Source of the DNA: Flaccisagitta enflata
Lineage: Eukaryota
NCBI GenBank assembly: GCA_965153355.1
Contig: OZ231126.1
Span: forward strand, 28,954,001-29,018,000
Length of the DNA stretch: 64,000 bases
Direction of reading: 5' to 3'
Of the stretch, positions 38,801 through 49,926 are shown piece after piece (position 1 is the first letter of the stretch; each line of letters begins with the position of its first letter). The notes under the pieces were generated by a model, which was not told the origin of the DNA, did not search any database, and was given only the letters and a program-made list of their open reading frames with translations. Made by a program: the position numbers and the translations under genes.

Positions 38801-40893
38801 AAATCATATACATATGTTGAGGCCTTCCATTTAGAGACTCCATACCAAATTTCAGCCAAATCGGTTGAAAAATGCCAAAGTTATGCACGTTTTTCACTTT
38901 TAGGCCGGTAGGCTGGTTGGGCCGGTTGGGTTGGTCGGATCACAAAAATCGGATAGGATGTAAAGCGCCTTACCCTAGCACAACTTCCCACCAAATATGA
39001 ACCAAATCGGTCAAAGCATAAAAAAGTTATCCATTTTTTAAAATCCGTTACGACGACGACGACAACGACGACGACGACGACGACACCCACCCGCCTTGAA
39101 TTATAGTCCGCGTCGGAATGATATTCCGTCGCGGACAAAAACACAAAATATTTTTTTTAAAAATGTTTTTCAAAAATGGGGTGCAATCAATAGGAAATTG
39201 TTGGATTCGCCTAGGTCCAAAATCCTGTAACCTTACTTTTTTAAAAAAAAAACTTGGACTATGTTGAAATTCACTGTCGGCCATATTTTAAAAAAAAGTT
39301 TAAAGATCCTCCTGGAATTTTTTCAGTTTGATATGGTTCAAACAAATGCTCATAACTTCTAAAGTATTTGAGCCAGAACCTTGAAATTTGGAACGTGCAA
39401 TATTGAAAGCGCTGAGCAGGTCCAAGCTAAAAATTGAGCTACTGACTGACCTACAAAAATTTTCGAGTCTAAGTCTAGAACTGTAAGAAGGGGATTTATG
39501 AATGGACGCAGGCGATGAAGAGCGATGATCGTTAATGAAAATAGGTCGTTATAACTTTTAGCATTCAAAAATTTGTAACAATCAGTTGATTTAAAGTATC
39601 AGTTTAGAGAGTTTTTCTATTCCGAATTGTAAAATTTGAAATTTTTGAAAAAAAAACATTTTTCATCCCCTAAATAACAAATCGTGAACATAGATGAATA
39701 TTTTGCATTTTCAAAAACATCGGACCCAAGATAATGTAATTTACTAGCGTCTGATGTTTTTGGTTTTTCCAATTTTTCAATTTCTATGCAAATTTGTTAT
39801 TTAGGGTGCGCCTATGTCAGATTCAACAGAAATGTGAAAAAAAGAATATTTCAGGTTTATAGTTTTAAATGGGACACTTCCTGTTGAAGAAAAGTCATGA
39901 AACTTTCACGGTAGTTAAATGAAGCACCAAACCACATGCATATCAATTTTCATTATGATCAGACAATTTTTAGAATCCATTTATGCAATTTTTAATATCA
40001 ATTAATGAAATTCATGAAATTAGTCATTTTTTTTTAAAAATCACTTATTTTTTTCTATGATGAGATTTTGCATCAATTTTTTCCGTCAACTGCCCAAAAT
40101 GACATGTACTATCAGGTGAATTATTTGTTTTTGGTAAAAAGAAATGAATTTTTTTTTGCGAAACTGAAGTGTCACAATAGTTTTCATTGTGTCATTAAAT
40201 ACTCGTTATACGATTCGATATATTTCGATATTTTTTCGATATAACATGAGATTTTCATCCAGAATCACAGAGTCAAAGTTCAGCAAATTTGGCGCACGCG
40301 AGGTTGTGCGAATTAACTTGTTTAATCAAAAAGAGCTTCGTCTGTAGGCAGCTTTGCGTTTAACAAAGGTCTGACCGCTTTAAACTGAGCCTAGAATTCG
40401 CAAAAATTTCTTCAGAAATAATTGGCTGACCCACTAAGACCGAGCTCTCGGGCGGACTTGCCCGAGTCAACTTATGTTCTTTATGTAACTTCTACATATG
40501 GACAAAACCCCCATATCTCACCTGTCCCGCCATTTGAATCACGTTGGGACGCGGGGCGATAGCGGGCTGGATTCTGAGGGCCGGCGCCGTCTGAATCCGA
40601 GGTCCTAGGATTTTCTGCGGCTGCGCGTTGGCAATGACGGTGGGCGCCCCTGAGGCGTTGGGCGGCGTCATACTGACCACTTGAACAGCGCCGGATGAAG
40701 ACACCTGCACGCCGGCCATTCCGGCGCCAATGGGCCGAACCACGGTAACGCCTTGATGATGCGCACTCATGGCTGCTGCTGCTGCGGGGTTGCCTACGGC
40801 CGATAGAGTGACGCCCGTCGGCTGACTGGGTCCGTTTGCGTTGACGGCGTTTACATGGTTTACGCTCGCGAGCGACAAAACGGGGCTGGCCAT
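11245..40893 (-). CDS. TAF4: Transcription initiation factor TFIID subunit 4 (TAF4), 15 coding exons, ~959 aa
   Basis: Exons 40893-40522, 36724-36579, 24961-24748, 23740-23575, 22467-22358, 21903-21836, 21684-21402, 18758-18632, 14766-14169, 13702-13621, 13497-13405, 12888-12742, 12265-11981, 11607-11527, 11352-11245; all GT-AG with matching phases. TAFH domain (ENVKKCKNFLSTLIKLA...SSPQPYLVPFLKKSLPLLRQ), EDDDINDVAAMGGVNL, histone fold, ANETALAAIGPRKK, C-terminal RPRIKRVNLRDLLFLLEQEKE...LYRTFLK*. Start ATG preceded by an in-frame TAA. Confidence 0.95.
14908..17869 (-). mobile_element. Helentron/DINE-like family B element containing a same-family nested copy (15960-17254)
   Basis: Left end GACTGTAATTTTTGAAGCTTTCTCG..CGAGA; right hairpin GTCACCGACGAAAACTGTTCGTCGGGGAC|AAAA at both 17254 and 17869; ~165-bp internal tandem units. 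Confidence 0.7.
15236..15745. repeat. 19-bp minisatellite (TAGTTGAAGATGATGACAG)n
   Basis: Direct reading, roughly 26 copies. Confidence 0.95.
19087..20284 (-). mobile_element. Helentron/DINE-like family B element, complete copy
   Basis: Palindromic TTACAGTCCCCGACTGGGGACTGTAA end, 22-bp (GTCCATGACGGCATACCTTAAA)n, (TG)n, ~165-bp tandem units, terminal hairpin ...GTCGGGGAC|AAAA. Confidence 0.75.
21402..22467 (-). CDS. TAF4: TAF4 exons encoding the TAFH/NHR1 domain (22467-22358, 21903-21836, 21684-21402)
   Basis: NVKKCKNFLSTLIKLAGSQPAETIRNVKDLIQ|GLIDGKIQPEKFTEQLQIELKS|SPQPYLVPFLKKSLPLLRQ. Confidence 0.95.
21944..22294. mobile_element. MITE with 8-bp TSD (hAT-like)
   Basis: TIR TACGCATGTCAG..GTGCC / GGCAC..CTGACATGCGTA; TSD CCGTAGAA at 21936-21943 and 22295-22302. 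Confidence 0.9.
22741..23424. mobile_element. Long-TIR palindromic MITE
   Basis: CAGGTTAGGATGGAAT...ATTCCATCCGAACCTG; arms inverted over more than 200 bp. Confidence 0.8.
23790..24530. repeat. 18-bp minisatellite (AAACAAAAGGCAAGGG[T/G]G)n filling most of a TAF4 intron
   Basis: Direct reading; blocks of GGGTG and GGGGG variants. Confidence 0.95.
25377..26350 (-). CDS. TAF4: Putative alternative first coding exon of TAF4 (324 aa, S/N/H/P/Y-rich)
   Basis: Non-repetitive 325-codon ORF in TAF4 intron 2 on the same strand; ends TCA AG|GTAGCA (phase 2), matching the phase-2 acceptor of exon 24961-24748. Confidence 0.7.
28015..28390. repeat. Degenerate 15-bp repeat followed by a (GAT/GAC)n tract inside a DINE-like element
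   Basis: TTATA[T/C]GGTCTTACT-like units, then a trinucleotide run. Confidence 0.8.
29389..29677. repeat. (GA)n grading into 14-bp (AGCAAACGAGAGAG)n
   Basis: Direct reading. Confidence 0.9.
30115..30300. repeat. 10-bp (AAAATGTTGA)n array within a DINE-like element
   Basis: Direct reading. Confidence 0.9.
31105..31450 (+). mobile_element. Penelope-like element 3' fragment (GIY-YIG endonuclease remnant)
   Basis: Peptide C..VIYVAKTQNRVMDRFIGHR...AFHF...GH..EDLRVVVIE...R..RERFWINCLGT matches the PLE GIY-YIG pattern; 60-bp tandem duplication at the 3' end; abuts (GA)n. Confidence 0.8.
31828..32369. mobile_element. Long-TIR palindromic MITE (related fragment at ~4070-4420)
   Basis: AAACTGGAGTAAGGTATTTAAG...CTTAAATACCTTCCTCCAGTTT; nearly the whole element is self-inverted. 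Confidence 0.8.
34985..35895. repeat. ~850-bp low-complexity polypurine (G/A) tract followed by (CA)n
   Basis: Direct reading. Confidence 0.9.
37795..39136 (-). mobile_element. Helentron/DINE-1-like family A element, second copy
   Basis: Near-identical to 1022-2348 including both ends; 162/143-bp alternating units. Confidence 0.8.
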
Positions 40894-40986
40894 TTATTGT
40901 CACCAAACTCCGTTATCGGTTCTAAGTTCCTCAGTATGAAAAGAAGTCCAGGCGCGGCGAACGCCACCGAGCTTAACCATATAATA

Positions 40987-42792
40987 CAGAGGGAGGAATG
41001 TTAAAAACCTTTTAACAGCTTTTAATAGTTTTTAACAGAGGGACCCTCTTATTTTTGGGAGGGGAAATGTTAAAAACCTTAAAGATTGTGTTAAAAGCCA
41101 CGGGCCTTGTTTAATTCAAGCAGCGGTTAAAAATTGCCTTTGTTAAAAACTTGCCCTGTTAAAATCTGTGTTTAGAATCCCTGTTAAAAACCCCTATAAA
41201 AAAAACTGTTAAAAACCTATGTTAAAAACCTATGTTAAAAATCCCTTTTAAAAATCCCTGTTAAAAACCCCTGTTAAAAACCCCCGTTAAAAACCCCCGT
41301 TAAAAACCCCCGTTAAAAAACCGTTAAAAACCCCTGTTAAAAATCCATGTTAAAACATTTTTTTGATCTTGTAAAAAAATTGCACTTATTTTCATTGGTC
41401 AACAACTAAAAATGCCACATTAAAATCTTTTTTTGATCAAGATTTGTTTTATCAAGGTTTTCAACCTGTTGTTAAAAAGGTTTATCACACATTGTTAAAA
41501 AGATTTTGACAGGTTGTTAAAAAGTTTTTAACAGGTTGTTAAAAGGTTTTTAACAAGTTGTTAAAGATGTTTTTAACAGGTTGTTAAAGAGAGTTTTAAC
41601 AGGTTGTTGAAGAGGTTTTTAACAGGTTGTTGAAGAGGTTTTTAACAGGTTGTTGAAGAGGTTTTTAACAGGTTGTTGAAGAGGTTTTTAACAGGTTGTT
41701 AAAAAGTTTCTTAACAGGTTGTTAAAAAGGTTTTTAACAGGTTGTTAAAAAGGTTTTTAACAGGTTGTTAAAAAGGTTTTTAACAGGTTGTTAAAAAGGT
41801 TTTTAACAGGTTGTTAAAAAGGTTTTTAACAGGTTGTTAAAAAGGTTTTTAACAGGTTGTTAAAAAGGTTTTTAACAGGTTGTTAAAAAGGTTTTTAACA
41901 GGTTGTTAAAAAGGTTTTTAACAGGTTGTTAAAAAGGTTTTTAACAGGTTGTTAAAAAGGTTTTTAACAGGTTGTTAAAAAGGTTTTTAACAGGTTGTTA
42001 AAAAGGTTTTTAACAGGTTGTTAAAAAGGTTTTTAACAGGTTGTTAAAAAGGTTTTTAACAGGTTGTTAAAAGGTTTTTAACAGGTTGTTAAAAAGGTTT
42101 TTAACAGGTTGTTAAAAAGGTTTTTAACAGGTTGTTAAAAAGGTTTTTAACAGGTTGTTAAAAAGGTTTTTAACAGGTTGTTAAAAAGGTTTTTAACAGG
42201 TTGTTAAAAAGGTTTTTAACAGGTTGTTAAAAAGGTTTTTAACAGGTTGTTAAAAAGGTTTTTAACAGGTTGTTAAAAAGGTTTTTAACAGGTTGTTAAA
42301 AAGGTTTTTAACAGGTTGTTAAAAAGGTTTTTAACAGGTTGTTAAAAAGGTTTTTAACAGGTTGTTAAAAAGGTTTTTAACAGGTTGTTAAAAAGGTTTT
42401 TAACAGGTTGTTAAAAAGGTTTTTAACAGGTTGCTAAAAAGATTTTTAATAGATTGTTAAAAAGATTTTTAATAGATTGTTAAAAAGGTTTTTAATAGAT
42501 TGTTAAAAAGGTTTTTAACAGGTTGTTAAAAAGGTTTTTAACAGGTTGTTAAAAAGGTTTTTAACAGGTTGTTAAAGGTTTTTAACAGGTTGTTAAAAAG
42601 GTTTTTAACAGGTTGTTAAAAAGGTTTTTAACAGGTTGTTAAAAAGGTTTTTAACAGGTTGTTAAAAAGGTTTTTATCAGTTTTTAACAAAAGTATTCTC
42701 TCTGGGTAGGCTTTTAACGGGCACCTCTTTAATTTTGAGCCTGTTAAAAACTGTTAAAAGCTGTTAAAAGGTTTTTAACATTCCTCCCTCTG
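40987..42792. mobile_element. Non-autonomous DNA transposon with ~52-bp TIRs, 6-bp TSD and an internal 23-bp satellite
   Basis: TIR CAGAGGGAGGAATGTTAAAAACCTTTTAACAGC...; TSD ATAATA at 40981-40986 and 42793-42798. Confidence 0.88.
41480..42680. repeat. 23-bp palindromic minisatellite (AGGTTGTTAAAAAGGTTTTTAAC)n
   Basis: Direct reading, roughly 50 copies. Confidence 0.95.
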
Positions 42793-43663
42793 ATAATAGA
42801 ATGACTCAATTGCCTTCTCTTTTTTTTTCTCCACGATCGAATGCAAATGTGTGTGCGATAAATCGCGCCTATTTTAAGTGCAAATGTAGAAACGACCTCA
42901 AGCGTTGGTTTTTTTGGGAGTGTTCAGTACAACGCTACTCTTTGACAATTGTCCGTCCCTACTCGAACAGGGAGTAAACGGTAAAACGACGGCGGCGTCG
43001 GATCTGCAATGAAGGGATTAACCGACGCACGCGCCGAAGGAAACAAAAAGGAGGAAGACGAAAAGAAGTTCTTGAGATGGAAAAGACTCGAGGATGACTC
43101 GCGCCGCTAAGAAACGGCGCGAAATTCCACCCGATAACTGGGCATGTTAATTCCCTTGACATGCGAGGAGCGGAGAGACAGAGAAAGGGAGCGAGCCACA
43201 GACAGACTTTCGAATTGAAGATCTAGCTCAGAACTTCGTGAATATCGGGCCACTGGCACTGACGAGGAATCACATTCTTAGGTTTTTCCTCTGAGTCATA
43301 ATCGCAGTTTTTCACGGCAAGAACCTGAAGCGGAAAAATATTCCTTTGGTCAAACAGAGACGCTTCTCCATAAATTATCAATCATTCTAACGAACTCAAC
43401 ATAGCTTTTTTTTGTTATAGACAATTTTTTTACAGCCAATAAATGAAATCAGGCCTTTCTATATAGTTCCACATTCCCCCATTAATCAAAGAGTTTAGAG
43501 ATGGGGAAAGAAATCAAAGGAGGAAAAGAGAGAAAAAAAGAAAATTTGTGGAAAATAAAACTTTTAGCAGTACCAAATCATAAAACTGATTATCAAAGCA
43601 GAAATTAACACTGTTTAAACCTTAAAAACGCTGTTTTATTGCTATATGGGGAAGAAAATCATA

Positions 43664-44130
43664 GCACAGCGCAATCTGCAGTACAAAAAAGTGACATTAA
43701 TGCCCCAGGCAAAAGCCCCAATGTCCCCGGTAAAAAAAAGTTAGAGTTTAAATATGCCCGGTTCTATGCCCCGTTAAAAGTTAGTGAAAAAAACGGGGAC
43801 TTAACAGGGCATATGCCCTATTTAGTTTAATTTTGTTTAATCAAAAATACTTCGTCAAAAATCAGTAAACCCTTTTTTCAGTGGCTTTCTTCAGGTCGAT
43901 TTCTACCGTGAAAATCTTCAGGGACTAAATGGGGACTTAACGGGGCATATGCCCTTTTTACTTTAGAAATGAAGAAAATAAGTTAGTCTAATTGGGGGAT
44001 TCCCCGAGGAATTCCCCCAAAATTAAACTGACATTTTTATACTATGCCCGATTCACTTATGAATAATTGTAACAGGGGAATTCCCAGGGAATTCCCCGGG
44101 GCATTAATATCACTACAGATTGCGCTGTGC
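43664..44130. mobile_element. MITE with 3-bp TSD
   Basis: TIR GCACAGCGCAATCTG..; ATA on both flanks; truncates a partial copy of the 51276 family. Confidence 0.7.
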
Positions 44131-45250
44131 ATAGTCTTTAATTCTTTAATGCGTTTAGGGTGAAAATTCGTTCCAGGCGTATTTCTTAATTTGCTATATG
44201 ACTTAATTACGACGGAGCAATTTCACACCCATAAAGACTTTTCGAAACTGACTTGATGGTCCGTTTCATTGTATTTTCAATCATGCAGATTCTAACGCCC
44301 CTCATAATTTGGCATTTCATCAGAAATTCTTTTAAAATTTGGTATGAATATGTCTTGCACAGTTACAAATAGGATTATCGACCACTTTAAGAATTTTGAA
44401 CCCTGGGTATCCCCAAATGAGCAAGATAGCCTGAAAATTGACATAACTTGGGGTAGGGGTCGAAATTTAAAAAGCTGGTCCTGCAGGGCGCTAGGGCATA
44501 TTTACACCTAATTTCAAGAGAGTTGATCCAGCAGTGGCACATGTGTGGTTTGTCAATCAGCAATAGCATCTGTAATTTGGGCACAACCTGTCCTGTATAC
44601 TGTGTATCTCGTCATTGACCTATAAAGTGAAAGTCAGATTCCTTTTTTAAACCTCATTCACAACTTGTTAGATTCCGAATAACTCGAACGTTATCTGTAG
44701 TTTTTTCGTTTCTCTTACAAAAAAACAGTTTCACCACAAAATAGCATGCGAAGTTCATCAATTTTTTAATAAATATGACTATCATTAGAATCTTTTTGAT
44801 AAAAGAAGAAGATTCGAGCAAAAGCTTTTAATTTCATCAAATGATAGCTATTGGAACCAAATAAGTAAAAAATCTATGAATATTCTCTTCAGTGTTGTTC
44901 TTATCTTCCCCGCCCCCCCCTATTTCATCGCTGAAATCAAAAAGCAGGGTTCAATCACTCACAGCTATGTTTTACCAAAACATACATATCAAAGCATCAG
45001 ATGTACTCCACTGACAAATATTTGCGAATTTGCGTCGTAAATTAACTCCACCATGCAAACGGACAAAAACACTTCACCCCCTAGTCTTTTGTGATTTCAA
45101 TTTGTGCCCTTCTCTGCAAATACTTCTACTTTTTTTTCTTAAAGGCTTAATGACACTTTTTATCGCCTTTTCATTTACGGAAAAAAAGATTCACTACCTC
45201 GGCGCTGATTGCCATTGACAGTAGCAATCTCTGTAGCATTCACGAGACAG

Positions 45251-45998
45251 TCGGGTGTGTCAATGTGCAAACATCTGAGATGAATAATATCACTTTGATA
45301 TTAAAGTTGATTTAAATAGTCCCACCTTTAGCTACTCAAAGTACTTGCCTGACCTGGCCGACGAAAACAGTTCAAAACCAGTGTATTATTTCCTTTCACT
45401 TACACTACCGTGACATGTTTTTCTTTTTAACGTGTAGAAAAAAAATTCAAAAAGAAGAAAAATCAAAGACTATGACCTATGGCCTATAACCTTGAGACTA
45501 AAAGCTTTTACTAGCAACAAGTGGCATGAGATATTTCCTATAAGTATTTGATCAGATCATCGACATAAGAGAATGTAAAAAAAATAATTCCCCAATTTTA
45601 AACATTTTTATTTTTTCAAATTTTAATAATTTTTTTATTTTTTAAAGCATGAAAAGATTGTTAGAAATATATTTACTTACAGCATCTGCACCCAATTCTA
45701 ATAAAAATAAAACTTGTTATAAGATTTGTTATTATCTTTTTTTACAACTTCAGTGATAAATAAACAATTTTCACTTTGATGCAACTAAAATAAAAGTTTT
45801 AATTTAATTTAGTTTATGAATAATAATACTGATATAAAGCCATCAAAATAACAATATACAAATTAGAGACTAAAATGTGGTTTTGAAAAGAATAAAAGAT
45901 AAATAAAATAAGTCAAAATAAAAATACTAAAATTCAATATTTTATACAGTCTGATTTTCAATCTTATCAAAAAACCTTTTGCATATTGACACACCCGA
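45251..45998. mobile_element. MITE with 9-bp TSD (Mutator/MULE-like)
   Basis: TIR TCGGGTGTGTCAAT.TGCAAA; TSD ACGAGACAG at 45242-45250 and 45999-46007. Confidence 0.88.
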
Positions 45999-46289
45999 AC
46001 GAGACAGTCCTACAGATCATCTTGACATTTTTTTCTAAAGTCATGTGCGCAGTCTCTAATAGCTAATCCTTTTATGCATTATCTATCCATCAAAGCTTTT
46101 GCTATTTTAACAAATCCACTGAGCGTGAAATGTCCTACGTCCATCAGAAATAAGCGTAAGCTTAGTTGCACTTTCCGCGATCGTTCACAGATAGATTTCC
46201 AAAGAAGACGTAGCGGTGACCGCAAAGATGTTTTTAGTCATCGTAGATCACCCGGGCCAGTGTTTAGGGTCGCAGACTACGTCAATTAG

Positions 46290-46500
46290 CGAAAAATTTT
46301 GCGGAGCCAAAATTTTTCGTTTCCTCCTGCCGCCATTTTTCGTGGAGCAGCGTCCCTCCCGCAGCGCATGCGCAGCCGCTGGGAACGGCGACTGGTTTTG
46401 CTGCAGCAGCGCAGCAAATATAAAGTCAAAGTCGGTAGGAAGAGGAAGAGGAAGAGGAAAGTGAAGAATCTTATCCGGGGTCCAATAGTTCAGGTAATAG
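46290..46500 (-). promoter_or_regulatory. Probable TAF4 core promoter / first non-coding exon region
   Basis: Local CpG/GC enrichment; NRF1-type palindrome GCGCATGCGC (46364-46373); YY1-type AAAATGGCGG on the - strand (46330-46339). Confidence 0.55.
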
Positions 46501-46644
46501 GGCTTACCATTCGAACTAGTTGTAACAAAATATAACTTAAAAGTTAATTCACAAAATATGTTACGCATATGTTAGCGGAAATGGAAATTTGATTCCTCGC
46601 GTCTGTGCTTACTTCGTCTATTTTTTGCGGAAAATTTATGTGAG

Positions 46645-46950
46645 ATCAGAATCGTCAGATCAGAAAACGCGATGTCAGATCAGAATTAGATGATCTCTGT
46701 TTTTGAGTTAGTTTTTTAAGATCTATACTTATTTACATAATCCTTATTTATTTATCAATGGAAAGAAATTATAAACTTATAGTTTTTATTTATTTTTAAT
46801 GTTTATAGTCCCTATTCTCATGCAATAAACTGTAATTAACGGTATGAAAAAACAAATTTCTGAATCTGAGTATAATGATTCAGAGATGCGTTTAAAAACA
46901 AAAATCTGATTAGTCTAGGATGTTAAGTAAAATTTTTTACAATATTTTTT
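46645..46950 (-). repeat. ~300-bp repeat, inverted copy of 52080-52405
   Basis: Shared blocks CAGATCAGAAAACGCGA.GTCAGATCAGAATTAGATGATC, ATGTTTATAGTCCC, TTTCTGAATCTGA..ATGATTCAGAGATGC, TAGGATGTT. Confidence 0.8.
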
Positions 46951-47921
46951 TTGTTTGGTAATTTTATCAAGTTTAAAAAATATAATATATTTTTAAGTGA
47001 AGTTTTAAAATAAATTCTGATTTAAGCTAAATAATGTCATTAGACCTAAGTTGCGTGCATTGGAACTTTAAAAAAGAAATCAAGCAGACATACAGGTAAA
47101 CATTTTTTTTTCAAAAAGATATTTTAAATGATTGTCTACTGCTCCGATTTCTTTTTTACAATACAGGGATATAAAAATGCAATAAAAAATCTTCAAAACC
47201 TATTTGTGATGGACGGATTGATCAATGGACCATCTGACCTTTATTTATGGCTGCGTAAAAATAAACAGGTTAATGCAGATTACTCCAAATAGTGGATTAT
47301 TATGCTGCAAGTAGCTAGAATTTCAAAATAAGTGCACACAACTGTTTGACTTGCTTTATCCATCTGTTTTTTTGATGTTTTATGTTGTTTTAAGTCATTT
47401 TACATTTTATCTTTTAGTCTCAATGACCATATGCAGCTTGAAGGTGTATGCTTAGATTTAATGACTTGGATTTTACTTATTCTAAAATTTCACTATCCAT
47501 TATTAACATATGAATCCAAACAGCGTAAAACAGGAGAAGCGTTGAAACTGCTCTTAATCTCATTCGACGTGTTAGATTCATCAACGATTTCTGTTTCTTT
47601 ATTTTTTTTCTCTGAATGAATTTTATTTTCACTTCAAGCTGTAGGGGAGTCCCATCACAAGACTGTTTTCCATCGAATTCAAAAAGACGAGACAGGTAAG
47701 GTCATTTATACTTGGAGACTAATTGGTGCCGCACGAGCTCTTTTTCGTTGCAATCAAAATAAGAAACATTGGGGTGATTTTTGACACTGTCTCGATTTGT
47801 CTACGTATCTAGATGATGTATCAATCTTGATACGGATATGATCGCTGTATCAGGGACCCACCGCACATCTTTTTCAAAGCGCGGGAACACTTATAAAAAT
47901 AAAAGAGTGATTTAAAAAAAT

Positions 47922-48042
<121 letters not shown>

Positions 48043-48374
48043 GTTCGACCATAATTCTTCTGGGCATTATGAGGTCTCTCGCAAAATTGGGGTTTTTTGC
48101 TCCTGCCCACCAGCCCGTGACTAAAGTTGCCGTGTGTCTCGCCTTGTTTTGACAGTGCAGCTACAACCTGAACCAACGGCGAACCGACCATGCTGGCCCA
48201 CGTGAACTGGAAAGGGAAATGCTGCTCCAAATAGCAATCACGAACTAATGAGGTCTTCTTGCAAAAATTACTTCGAAATAAAATGCTGCTGCTAATACAA
48301 AAGTTGGAATGTGTGTGTGTGTGCGCGCGTGTTTGTTTTTACGTCCGTGCGTGCGTGAAAGTGGTTTTCTATCT

Positions 48375-48445
<71 letters not shown>

Positions 48446-48645
48446 TTGACCATCTTTCTTCCCTTTTGCTGTTTTCTAATTCATCAAAATTTGCATTGTA
48501 GTATTCATTTTGACACTGCAGGTACGACCAGGACCGGAACCAATAGTGAAGCGAACGACTCTGCTGCCTGCCGGCCGCCGTGAATACGACATTACAAAAC
48601 GTACTGCGTCGTAGGGTAATCAAGGACTGAGGAGAAATTACCGGA

Positions 48646-49303
48646 ACACTTTTTTTTATAAGAACCAAGTTTATTAGAACGTTAGGCTTAAAATCCTCAA
48701 GAATTTAAAAACATGCTAAGAATATTGAATAGCTTCATTTTTCATTTTTCATTTTTTTAAAAAAAATGTATTAAAAAGATTTTTTAGTCGTGTGCACGCG
48801 ACTCTACACCCCGCTTTGTCCGTCGGTTGGTTGGTCGGTCGGTTGGTTGGTCAGTCCCCATTTTACTTTTTTTATCAATTTTATTTCTTTATGTCATTTT
48901 AAGTCTTTTTAGGGTAAACTAAGTCATTCTAAGTAATTTTAAGTCATTCTAAGTCAATCTCGCACGCACGCGACTTATATGTGTTGGCCTTGTTTCTCTG
49001 AAAATAAAAAAAACTAGAAATAATTTTGTAAGTTTTTTTTTTTTTTACAGTGTTTTCTTCCGTTTCTACTTTTCTTGATATCCTTTTTCAAAGTCTAAAT
49101 ATATTTCGTTATAGTTTCATAAAAATTTTATTTAACTTCTTCTAGAAGATAAACTCAAACCGATTAAAATTGTTCCTAATAAAAGGTTAAAACCTGTTTA
49201 AACTAAAATCAATTTAAAAAGGTTTAAACATTGAAATTGCCTAAAAATTAAGAACATTGAAAGGTTGCCCAAAAAGTGATGTTCTTATATGAAAAAAAGT
49301 GTA
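48646..49303. mobile_element. MITE (ACACTTTTTTTTATAAGAAC TIR) with a nested DINE-like element; relative at 53410-53832
   Basis: Inverted termini; shared AAGAACATTGA motifs. Confidence 0.55.
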
Positions 49304-49859
49304 CCCGGAGTATAGCACGAAGTGCTTGTGAATGGATAAATAGTCAAACAAGCGACGCGGGGTCACAATATCGTTGCGGACAGGTGGGCAGGGGCATCCA
49401 AGCCCCATCTACACCCCAACCCACCTCCAACACTCATACATACACAAAAAGTATCGAAAACGCTCGTTTTCAACTCGATCACCATGACGGACCGACCAAC
49501 GGACCAACGGACCGACGGACGGACAAAGCCTCTTATAGAGTTGCGTGTCCGCAACTAAAAATATTAGGGACTGACTGATGGACAAATCCGCCAAAGGGAT
49601 GCCCGTGCCCGCAGTAATCTAAGAAAAGTAATGCCTTGTTCTGTTTATGGATAGGGGGCACGATCTCAAGGCAACTCTGGAAGACCCTAGTTGTAAAGAA
49701 CTTCATTCAAAATTTGGTCAAGGCCACATGAAGCGCAAAACGACAGAGCGAAAAAAATTGGTGAGGTTCGAGAACAGCATGACGGACAATGAAAACTTGG
49801 AGACATTTACAGACAAAAAGAAAACACACACACACTCACACACACACGCACACTCACAT

Positions 49860-49926
<67 letters not shown>

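Noticed and set aside
41480-42680. CRISPR-like palindromic repeat array
   Set aside because: No unique spacers, no cas genes, eukaryotic context; it is a head-to-tail minisatellite within a TIR element
46286-46336. MAAGG... start resembling the vertebrate TAF4 N-terminus
   Set aside because: Stops after 16 codons with no in-frame donor; better explained as a YY1-type AAAATGGCGG motif or uORF
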